Source: Acidobacteriota bacterium
Lineage (GTDB): Bacteria; Acidobacteriota; UBA890; WLXD01
Direction of reading: 5' to 3'
DNA: 64,000 nucleotides
NCBI GenBank assembly: GCA_965248845.1
Contig: CBDFKO010000002.1
Span: 1,820,564 to 1,884,563, forward strand
The notes beneath the pieces were generated by a model. That model did no database searches. It was not told where the DNA came from and saw only the letters and a list, made by a program, of their open reading frames with translations. Below, piece after piece: positions 1 to 8,563 of the stretch; positions within the stretch are counted from its first letter, which is position 1, and every line of letters begins with the position of its first letter. A program made the translations under genes and the position numbers.

Positions 1-154
1 GGGGCGACGTGACGATATCGGGACTAACCGCCCAAGAAATACCGGCGCGGCCGGCAACCAGAGCCTCGCACTCGCACTCGCCGCCCCGCTAACTCACCGT
101 GATCGAGACGATCCAGCCCAAAATGGCGCGCTCGAGCCGTTTTTCAGCAGCCTG
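1..154 (+). mobile_element. IS5-family insertion sequence, copy C (right-end fragment; body lies off-window to the left), followed by CTAG at 155..158
   Basis: nt 1..158 align to the right ends of the full copies at 17216..17363 and (reverse-complemented) 59903..60060, including the terminal IR ...GTTTTTCAGCAGCCTG + CTAG. Several mismatches vs copies A/B mark it as a more diverged copy. Confidence 0.8.
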
Positions 155-158
155 CTAG

Positions 159-2033
159 TGGTCGACCTGCGGGCGCTCGTCGCGGAGGTGGAGTCGGGCT
201 CGGCGCTGCCGCTGGGTGGCCAGCCGGCGGTTGCTCCGGAGGGCGCGGGGGCAACTACCGGCATCCCCTGGAAGCTCGCCGCCCCGATGGCGGTCGCAAC
301 GCTGCTCTTCGGCGTCGCCGGAACCTGGTTTGCCACCCGAGCCGCCGGCTCCCGAGCTCCCCGTGACCTTCGATGTCGAGCTGCCGGAGGAGGTTGATTT
401 CACGAGCACCGGCAGTCGGACCGTGGCGATCTCACCCGACGGCTCGCGGATCGTTTTTGTAGCCAACGACCAGCTCTGGATGCGGCTGATCGGTGATCTG
501 GTGCCCACCCCCATCGCCGGTACGGAGGGCGCAAGCACACCGTTCTTCTCCCCTGACGGGCAGCAGATCGGCTTCTCGGCCCGGGACGAGGCGCGGCTCA
601 AACGGGTCGCCATAACCGGGGGCGCACCCGTGGTCCTCGGCTCAGTTGACCGGGTCTACGGTGCAAGCTGGGCCGACGACGGGATGATCTACTTTGCGCA
701 GGGGCCCGAGGGGATCTGGCGGGTTCCGGGTACGGGGGGCACGCCCAAGCTCGTCATCGAGACGCAAGACGACGAAGCTGTACACGGCCCGCAACTTCTC
801 CCGGGTGGTGAATGGCTCCCGTTCACGCTGGCGAGAGCCGCTAGGGGAGGATGGAACGAAGCGAGCATCGTGGCCCAGTCGCTGGTTACCGAACGGAGGG
901 TAGTGCTGATCGAGGGAGGCAAAGAGGGCCGCTGGGTGCCGACGGGACACCTCGTCTATGTGCTTGAGGGAACCCTCCTTGCCCTGACGTTCGACCCTGA
1001 TGTCGTGGAGCCGCCCTCCGGGCCCGTCCCGATGGTCGAGGATGTCAGGTCAGGCGGCGGGGGTACCGGTGCCGCCCAGTACGAGTTCAGCGAAACCGGC
1101 ACGCTCGTCTACGTACCCGGCACGGCTGACCTGGCGGAGACATACGAGCTCGTCTGGGTGGATCGTGACGGCCAGGTCGAGCGGTTGCCCTTCGAGCCAC
1201 GTGACTCTCGCTACGTGGATCTCTCGCCGGATGGGCAGCACATCGCGCTCGAGATCACGGGAAATGATGGCCAGTCGAACATCTGGATCTACGAGGCCGA
1301 GCGAGGGGGTGGGCAGGTGCTGCTGACGACGGAGGGCCACAACCGATTTCCCGTCTGGTCAGCCGATGGGGACTGGGTCTTCTTCGGGTCAGATCGGGGT
1401 GGCAACTACGACATCTGGAAGCGGCGGGCTGATCGGAGCACCGACCCTGAGCTGGTCCTGGATATGCAGGTTCCGGTGGTACCGACGACGATCTCGGCGG
1501 ACGGCAAGATGTTGCTCTTTGACAACGGCAGCCCTCCGAGCGACGTGGGGATACTGGTCCTCGATTCCGATCAGGAGCCGGAAATGCTCGTCGCCACCCC
1601 GGCCCTGGAGTTCGCCACCGAGTTCTCGCCGGACGGTCGGTTCTTCACCTTCCATTCGAACGAGACGGGCCAATTCGAGCAGTACGTGAGGGAAGTGGCG
1701 AGCGGTCGGACGTTCCCGATCTCCACGAGTGTCCGTGGTGGCGCCCACGGTCGCTGGTCACAGGATGGCAGCGAGATCTACTACCTCGCCGCCAGCGGCA
1801 TCCTCATGGCGGAAGTGAGGATGGAGCCGTTTTCCGCGTCCGAACCCGTCGAGATCTCGGGCATCCGCAGGCGTTTCCGTTCCAACTTCGATGTCGCCCC
1901 CGATGGGCAGAGGTTCCTGGTAACGACGTTCCCCGGTGGCGACGCTTCGGACCCGGCGACCCCCACGCCCCGTATCCGCGTCATCCTCAACTGGTTCGAG
2001 GAACTGAAGCAACGGGCGCCGACCGGGCGGTAA
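159..2033 (+). pseudogene. Ser/Thr protein kinase-TolB/PD40 beta-propeller family paralog (a). The kinase domain is severed by the IS5 copy C insertion and a 5-nt indel shifts the frame near nt 340.
   Basis: Translation from 159 (LVVDLRALVAEVESGSALPLGG...) is collinear with the post-kinase region of the full-length paralog at 8564..11315 (DLVVDLQALAADVESGTAMPLGG...). The CTAG target lies inside the codons for D-L-V. PD40-like repeats (SPDGSRIVF, FSPDGQ, WSADGDWVFF) and the shared C-terminus ...RIRVILNWFEELKQRAPTGR* are present. Confidence 0.75.
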
Positions 2034-2278
2034 CAGCGCGGCGGGAATCGAACCCGAATGGCGCGGTCCCGCTAACTACCTGATAGCAAACGACTTTCGC
2101 CGTAACTACCTGTGGCGACGGGACTTGCCGCCGCCGTTGTCTGTCCCCTGGAGTGCCCGTGAGTCCCCGGGAGTCGACCCCAGTCGTGGAGACATTGTGG
2201 AGACCGGGCGGCGGGTGTGTCGTCCTCGTGTTTGCCAGCTCGAGAGCGGACGATGGCAGCTCGTTTCGACAGAGGCGG

Positions 2279-2700
2279 CTACTGCCCGGTCGGCGCTCTC
2301 CGCAGCAACTCGTCGAGCCACCCCGTTACGATCTCGAGGCGGTTAGCAAACGGGGAGTCATCGACGGCGCGAAGCATCACGAACCCACGGCCGTCAGGCA
2401 GGACGTCCCACTCCCACCACCAGGTGCGCTCGTCTAGTTGGAACAGCAGCTGAGGCTCGTCGCTCGGCTGGCCGGTGACCAACGAGACCGCTACTCACAT
2501 CATCCTGCCTTCGTTCACGTAGTAGACGCGATCCCTGGTCGGGGCCCAATGAGGACGGGCCCCACCGCCGGGTCGACAGCTGGTGCCTTTCGCTGCCACC
2601 GTCGGGCTCGGAGACTCGTTGGGGAGCCGGAAACCGAACGCGGGAAGCACGCCCCGCACGAGGAGCCCGCGTCGATGATTGTCCGGAGGGCCGCCCGGAG
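2279..2700 (-). pseudogene. C-terminal remnant of a kinase-TolB/PD40 family paralog (b) with an in-frame stop
   Basis: Minus-strand translation ...WDVLPDGRGFVMLRAVDDSPFANRLEIVTGWLDELLRRAPTGQ* matches the family C-terminus (FDVAPDGQRFLVT...RIRVILNWFEELKQRAPTGR*). An upstream segment ...RDRVYYVNEGRMM* is interrupted by TGA near 2503. Confidence 0.55.
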
Positions 2701-2935
2701 TCAGAAACGTCCGCGAATCGAACCCCCGCGACCCAGGCTCGTCTCTGTCTCAAGACTGGCCGGTGCGTGACTATTGCCTGGGGAACGGCCCCCTACAGAA
2801 TCTCCGGTAGCTTCCGCTTCGGAGCCGACAACGTCAGCTTCAACACAGGGTGTGTCCGATAGGTTGGAGTTGACTCGGGTTCGAAGGCGGAGGGCGCCCC
2901 ACGAGCGATTCTGACGGGGGTCTGCCCTGTAGCGA

Positions 2936-5263
2936 TTACCCCGTGGTCAGCATTCCAGCCGCGATACCCGTCACCGTCTCGCGGAACAGCTGCACTTCCG
3001 CTTCGTTCCACTCGGCCTTGGCGAGAAGCTCGACCTGGAGCAGGTTCAGCGGGTGGATCATCGGCGCACGGTAGCGGATCGACTCCTGCAGCCACGGCCG
3101 GTCGGGCAAGAGCGTGTCGGAGCCTCGCGCTTGCAGGGCGAGGTCCAGGGCCGCCTCGTAGTCGGCGGTGAGCTCCTCGATCAGTCCCGCCGGCACGTTG
3201 TCGGCGAGGGCTCGCCTGTAGCGTCTCCACAGCGCCCGCTCGGTCTTGGCCATGGTGAAGGAGAGCAGTCGGGTGTAAGAGCGGAACAACGGGTCCTTCC
3301 GGCATGCCTCGTTCAGAGCATCCTTCGGGGTCGTCTCGGATCCAGACCCCTCCTGCCACTCGCGCCAGGCGTCGCCGGCGCCGAGCCATGCGTGGACCAG
3401 CAGTCGGGTCTGGGTCCAGCAGAGGACCCACGGGATCGCCCGCAGCTCTTCGAGCCCACCTCCGCCGCGCCGCGCCGGTCGCGAGCCGATCGTGAGCTCC
3501 TGCAGTCGGGTGTAGGGGGTAGCGGCCTCGAGCAAGGCGCGGAACGCGTCAGACTCAACCCGCGCCGCGAAGCTCGCCTCGGCGGTGCGCGCCAGGTCTC
3601 GTGCGAGATAACTGACGCCACGGTATGGAGGCGGGTTCGACTGCACTTCGGCAACCTTCCCGACGAGGCTCCGCAGAATCTCCGGAGTGGCCAGCGTTCG
3701 TTCGACCATCTCGCCCTGCAGCGTGTACTTGTAGGGCGTCCGGGCTCGTGGCGGCCAGGTCGCGACGAGGTCCTCGATCCGGCCACCGCCCCGGCCGACG
3801 CTGCCGCCGTGGCCGTGGAAGAACAGCGGCGTCATCTCCTCCGTCTCGGCCCAGTCGACGATCCGGCGCATGGTGTCGTGAAGAGCGACTCGGCTGGCGA
3901 GCATGCCCATACGCTTGGCGGTGTCCGAGTAGCCGAGCATGACCTCCAGGTAGCCGCGCTCGCGGGCGGCGCGACGGAAAGACCCATCCTCCCACGTGTC
4001 GCGCAAGATCGCCGGCGCCCGGTCCAGTACGTCGGGCAGCTCGAACAGCGGGATCACCGGGACGGCGGGTCCATCGAACACCTCTTGGACCAGCTGCTGC
4101 GCCTCGAGCAGATCGCCAGCCTCCAACGTCATGCTGACGACCATGGCCCGCGCGTACGCGTCGACGCAGCCGCCTCGGGCGATTTCGCGGACGCGCCGCA
4201 TCATGTGTGCGATCGGGTCGTCCGTGGCGAAATGGCCCCTCTCCTCGCGGAGCTCCAGGGGCACGACCAGCGCCGGAAAGACCTCCAGCAGTGTGGCCAT
4301 CCGGCGGACCGCCGGATGGGCGATGCCGAAGCGCTCCCGGTAGGTGGCCTGGAAGTCGTCGATCGCAGCGTGGAGGACGCCGACGCGCGCGCCGTCACCC
4401 TCGGTCACCGTCTCTAGCCGGGCGAGTGCCTCTTCCAGGCTACCCAGGGCGGACTCGACTGCGTCGCCGCCGGCCAGGGCCACGTCCTCTCGCACCGTCT
4501 CCATCAGTCGGGCTCGAGCGAACGCCAGCAGGCGACCGCGAGCGAGGTTCAGCGCGGCCTGCGTCTGTTCCGGACCGACATCGGGGTGGCCGTCCTTGTC
4601 GCCCCCCACCCAGCTCCTGAACAGCACCCTGTGCCCGGCCTGGTTCAAGGCGATCACCTCGGCAAGGACGGGGGCGGTGAGCAAGGAAACCAGGTGGTTG
4701 GCCTCGTCCTCGACGCTCGGCTTGCTCGGCGGGTGGGTGCCGATCTTCCAGGCCAGATGGAGGAGGTTCTCGACCTCGTCGCGATCTATCGGGCGCTCTT
4801 CCGCGAGCGCGGCCACGACCTCGTCCTGCACCCGCCGGAGAACGCGAATGTTGTCGGGTGAGCGCGACTCGGTCGGGTGGGCCGTCAAGACGAACGTCAC
4901 CTGGCCCCGCGCATCCGCCGGCTTCTGTTTGCCGAGGCGCGCCCGCAGCCGGTGCGTGCGGTAGGCGTTCTCGCAGACGTTGATCAGCTGCAGGTAGAGC
5001 GTGTAGGCGCGGGCGAGGTTGGTCTTGTCGGGCAGAGAGAGGCCGTCGAGGATTCCGCTGGCCCGATCCAGTGCCGCTTCCCGCCCTACCTCCGAGTCGG
5101 CCTCGCGAAAGCCGACCATCTCCTGGCGAACGGCTTCGACCACATCGAACAGAGCCGCACCACCGGTCTCCGCCACCACCCGCCCGAGAATCTCCTCGAC
5201 CCCGCCGACGGTTTCGGTGAGGCCGGGGGGCAGGTGCTTGGAAGCTCGGTCAGGCTCGGGCAT
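2936..5263 (-). CDS. ppc: phosphoenolpyruvate carboxylase (775 aa, short form)
   Basis: PEPC signatures VLTAHPTE and VMLGYSDTAKRMG, plus a C-terminal ...GIAAGMLTTG resembling the conserved ...NTG end. Start chosen at MPEPDRASKHL... (ATG at 5261..5263). The longer upstream ORF extension is antisense to a kinase fragment and judged spurious. Confidence 0.9.
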   Translation of the reverse strand: MPEPDRASKHLPPGLTETVGGVEEILGRVVAETGGAALFDVVEAVRQEMVGFREADSEVGREAALDRASGILDGLSLPDKTNLARAYTLYLQLINVCENAYRTHRLRARLGKQKPADARGQVTFVLTAHPTESRSPDNIRVLRRVQDEVVAALAEERPIDRDEVENLLHLAWKIGTHPPSKPSVEDEANHLVSLLTAPVLAEVIALNQAGHRVLFRSWVGGDKDGHPDVGPEQTQAALNLARGRLLAFARARLMETVREDVALAGGDAVESALGSLEEALARLETVTEGDGARVGVLHAAIDDFQATYRERFGIAHPAVRRMATLLEVFPALVVPLELREERGHFATDDPIAHMMRRVREIARGGCVDAYARAMVVSMTLEAGDLLEAQQLVQEVFDGPAVPVIPLFELPDVLDRAPAILRDTWEDGSFRRAARERGYLEVMLGYSDTAKRMGMLASRVALHDTMRRIVDWAETEEMTPLFFHGHGGSVGRGGGRIEDLVATWPPRARTPYKYTLQGEMVERTLATPEILRSLVGKVAEVQSNPPPYRGVSYLARDLARTAEASFAARVESDAFRALLEAATPYTRLQELTIGSRPARRGGGGLEELRAIPWVLCWTQTRLLVHAWLGAGDAWREWQEGSGSETTPKDALNEACRKDPLFRSYTRLLSFTMAKTERALWRRYRRALADNVPAGLIEELTADYEAALDLALQARGSDTLLPDRPWLQESIRYRAPMIHPLNLLQVELLAKAEWNEAEVQLFRETVTGIAAGMLTTG

Positions 5264-5725
5264 CGCGTTCGTTCTCCCTTTCCGAGGCCGGGGTTGCAGA
5301 CTTGCCGCGCCGGAGTCAGTCGCTTGCCGCGGGAGTGGCGACCGACCGAAGCAGCGAGCGCTACGACCGGGAGGTGCCACCTGTCCCCGCATTCCGAGGG
5401 TACCGGAAGTTCCCTCCCGGCTCTCGTGCGGGAGTCTCGGCGTGGAGCGACGCGCAGGAATTGTCTCTGCTCTTCGAGAGCCGGTCCCGGTCGGTGAGCA
5501 GGTCGTGGTCAGCGCTACCGGCGGAACTCGTCCACCAGCATGAGATCCGCCTCGCCCGGGCCTACACGGATGGCCGCCCTGCTCGCCAGTCTGCCCGAGG
5601 AGGTCCCCGGGTCGCCGCGAGCGGTGGTAACGCGGGCAAGCGGACCGAAGCGGTAGCGGCCTCGACCCCGGCGGCGCTGGAGGCCGCCGGGGAGCTGCTG
5701 AACGCACCAAAAACCGCTCCAAAAT

Positions 5726-7230
5726 TTGGAGACATTTTGGAGACGGCCGGACGCGGTCAAGGTGCTGCCCGCCGAGTTCGCCTCCGACCCGGAGCGGCTG
5801 GCGCGCTTCGAACAGGAGGCGCGGGCCGCTGCCGCACTCAACCACCCGCACATCGCCGCTGTGTTCGATGTCGGCCACGAACCAGATGGCGGCGGAGCGG
5901 GAGTGACCCACTACATGGTTCCAGGAGTATCTCCAGGGGCATACCTTGCGCACGGTGCTGGACACCGGCGCCTTGCTGCTCAAGCGCGCCGTCACCCTGG
6001 CACTCGAGATCGCCGAGGGCCTTGGCGCGGCGCATCGCGCGGGTATCACCCATCGTGACCTCAAGCCCGAGAACGTGTTCGTGACCGAGGATGGGCACGC
6101 CAAGGTGCTCGACTTCGGGCTGGCCAAGCTCACCCGGCCGGGCACGCTCGGCAGCGGCGACATGTCGATGTCGCCGACGGTGCTGGGAACGGGTGTCGGG
6201 CAGATCATGGATTCTCGTCGCTTCGGCAAACGGACTGCTGCGGGTTGCGGTAACCGGTGGCGAGCCGGTGCCCATCGATGTGCAGCTTCCCGCCGAGATG
6301 GAGCGAGCGGGTTTCAGCGCGCCGGCGTTCCTCCCGTCCGGGGACAAGGTGCTGTTGGTGGTCAACGCCGAGGGCGCGCTGGTCCAAGATCAGCCGCTGG
6401 GGCTGCTCGACCTCGCCACCGGTGGCCTCGAGGTGATCGTGCAGGAGGCGGGCTCTCCGATCGTCGCCAGGTCCGGGCATCTTCTGTACGGCACCGAACA
6501 ACAGATCTGGGCCGTCGCGCTCGATCTCGACACCGGCGAGGTGATCGGCGATCCAGCGGTGGTGATTGCGAATATGCCCTCGCCCTCCGGTCTGGACGAT
6601 TGGCACTACTCGGTTTCCGATAACGGAACCCTGGCCTATCTGCCGGGTGGCCCCGACGCGGAGGTCGAGCTGCTCTGGGTCGATCGCAGTGGCGTGACGA
6701 CGCCTACGGGGATGCCGCGGCGCAACTACCAGTTCGTGCGCGTTTCAGCAGACGCCAGCACCCTCTCTGCCACCATCACCGATGCAACCTCGGACCTCTG
6801 GAACTACGATCTAGGCTCGCAGACGCTCAGCCGCCTCACGCGCGACACCCTGTTCTTCGGTGTCTGGCACCCATCGGGAGATCGCGTTGCTCTGGGCGCC
6901 CTCGACGGGCCCAACCTCGGCAAGCTGCTGATGCTCGACCTGGACACCTCCGACGAGCCCCGCGAGCTGCTTCAGGTCGAGGGTCTGGCGGCGGTCACCG
7001 GCTTCACCCCCGACGGCAGCGAGCTGATCTTCTACGACATCCAGGGCCGGCGACCGCGACGTCTATGCGCTGCCCCTCGAGGGGGGCGAGCCGCGGCCCC
7101 TCGTCCAGACTAACGACAACGAGCGCGGCGCCGTCGTCTCCCCCGATGACGCTGAAGTCGCCCACCGCGCTTCCTCCGGCGCCGCCGGCGACGATGGCGA
7201 CATATTGCCTGCCGCCGGACATATACGTCA
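5726..7230 (+). pseudogene. degenerate kinase-TolB/PD40 family paralog (c): N-terminal ATP-binding lobe missing, frameshift in kinase core, kinase C-lobe deleted and fused to a beta-propeller segment, frame broken again near 7060
   Basis: Fragments [34 protein letters not shown], then (other frame) [45 protein letters not shown]...MSMSPTVLGT, followed directly by a TolB-like propeller (6091..7113 ORF). No GxGxxG/VAIK N-lobe is present. Confidence 0.6.
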
Positions 7231-7465
7231 TCGGTGTGGCCTAGATCCACCCTGAGGAATGCATCGACCGTGGTGGGCGTGAGCCTGTATGCTCGGTGGA
7301 CGCCATCTTCATCGATGAGATCGTCCCGACGATTGGGTGGGCGACACGCGCTACACCTATGCGTCCTCCGGAATTCCCTTCGACAGTCAGTGAACCGAGT
7401 CGAGAGCCCGTAGCGTGTCCTGAGGAGACAACGGCGCCGTTGGCAAGGCGCCTTGCCGACGGCGG

Positions 7466-7984
7466 ATGGCTGGGCCGTGGGAACGCCCGAGCATGAGCGC
7501 TATTGACGACTGTTTCGCCAGCAGCGCGAAGTACTCGGCTGAATTCACCAAGGGAAGCCTGACCGCGCACCCAGCGATGAGAGTCGCGATCGTCGCTTGC
7601 ATGGACGCGCGCATCGGCCCGAGCGCCCTGCTGGGAATCGGGGAGGGTGACGCTCATGTGATCCGTAACGCTGGGGGTATCGTGACGGATGACGTCATCC
7701 GTTCGCTGATGCTCTCGCAACGTCTCCTGGGAACGCGCGAGATCATGCTGATCCAGCACACCGAGTGTGGTCTGCTGGGCCTCGACGAGGCCGACCTGAA
7801 CGAAGCGATCGAGACCGAGACCGGCGCGCGTCCGGGCTTCGAAATCGGGGCCTTCGCCGACGTCGACAGCGCGGTGCGACGATCGATCGCCAGGATTCGC
7901 TCGAGCCCGTTCCTACTCCACAACGAAGCGATCCGGGGCTTCGTCTACGACGTCCGGACCGGCCGGCTCCGCGAGGCGAAGTGA
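7466..7984 (+). CDS. beta-class carbonic anhydrase
   Basis: Motifs VACMDARI (Cys/Asp/Arg) and IQHTECG (His/Cys) are typical of beta-CA. An alternative start is M at 7493 (MSAIDDC...). Confidence 0.8.
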   Translation: MAGPWERPSMSAIDDCFASSAKYSAEFTKGSLTAHPAMRVAIVACMDARIGPSALLGIGEGDAHVIRNAGGIVTDDVIRSLMLSQRLLGTREIMLIQHTECGLLGLDEADLNEAIETETGARPGFEIGAFADVDSAVRRSIARIRSSPFLLHNEAIRGFVYDVRTGRLREAK

Positions 7985-8199
7985 CTGGCCGAGACCCACC
8001 CGGTTGAGTAACGGATCACGTCCTTGGAATGGAGGATGCCGACGATGTCGTCGAGGCTGTCGCGATACACGGGGAGTCTCGTGGTACCCGAATCACGGAT
8101 CTGGCCAACGACCTGATTCGATGGTGCCCCGATTTTGACCACCTCGATCTGTGTGCGCGGGATCATGATGTCCGCGATCTTGGTCTCGGCAAGCCCCAC
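7945..8199 (-). pseudogene. CorC/HlyC (CNNM-type) CBS-domain gene fragment of about 65 aa
   Basis: ETKIADIMIPRTQIEVVKIGAP...RLPVYRDSLDDIVGILHSKDVI is a CBS pair of a CorC/TlyC-type protein. No N-terminal DUF21 membrane domain or C-terminal CorC domain flanks it. Confidence 0.55.
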
Positions 8200-8243
8200 C
8201 CTGTACTGCGAATCTCCGGTAACTCCCGGTCCGACAGGACCAG

Positions 8244-8493
8244 GTGTGGGAGACTGGCGTTTGGGATTTCCTGCTCCCCGAGGGTACGCACCCGACCTAT
8301 TCCCCGAGCGGGCATCTCGTCTACAAGCGGCGCGACGATACGGTCTGGGCCGTTCCCTTCGACCTCGACACTTTGCGCGCCGCCGACGTGCCGCTTCCTG
8401 ATGGTACGGGACGAGGACGACGGCGCCGCTCAGAATCTACGGGTAGTACTCGGCTGGGCAGACGAGATGCAGAGGCGGGCGGGCGGACGCTGA
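8244..8493 (+). pseudogene. 3'-terminal remnant of a kinase-TolB/PD40 paralog (d)
   Basis: SPSGHLVYKRRDDTVWAVPFDLDTL (propeller blade) and, after a frame change, ...[18 protein letters not shown] mirror the family C-terminus ...IRVILNWFEELKQRAPTGR*. Confidence 0.5.
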
Positions 8494-8563
8494 CGCGCGA
8501 CGATACAGCCATGCACTGGCCGGCCGGTCCTCGTGCACGGGACTCCTCACGGCCGCGGCTCTT

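Noticed and set aside
216-2033. Treating 216..2033 as an intact stand-alone PD40 protein starting at the first ATG
   Set aside because: Homologous translation continues upstream to nt 159 in another frame, directly abutting the IS end and its CTAG. The kinase domain expected for this family is missing and a 5-nt indel separates the two frames.
2035-2735. Two direct copies of GAATCGAACCC (2045..2055 and 2715..2725), each the reverse complement of a tRNA T-arm (GGGTTCGATTC), flanking kinase-PD40 remnant (b). Considered a tRNA gene or tRNA-derived att site remnants of an excised island.
   Set aside because: No 5' acceptor strand, D-arm or anticodon arm can be paired at either site. An 11-mer repeat is expected many times by chance in 64 kb, so the T-loop resemblance alone is insufficient.
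2936-6229. The 1097-aa version of the ppc ORF (start at 6229)
   Set aside because: The N-terminal 322 residues are antisense to kinase fragment (c) and have no PEPC similarity. A good start (MPEPDRASKHL...) exists at 5263.
7004-7231. Minus-strand peptide ...SGGRQYVAIVAGGAGGS... resembling the C-terminus of PQQ-dependent dehydrogenases
   Set aside because: It overlaps the plus-strand tail of kinase-PD40 paralog (c) (DVYALPLEGGEPRPLVQTNDNERG...), which is supported by collinearity with the rest of that pseudogene. Short motif-level similarity is easily produced on the antisense strand of high-GC DNA.
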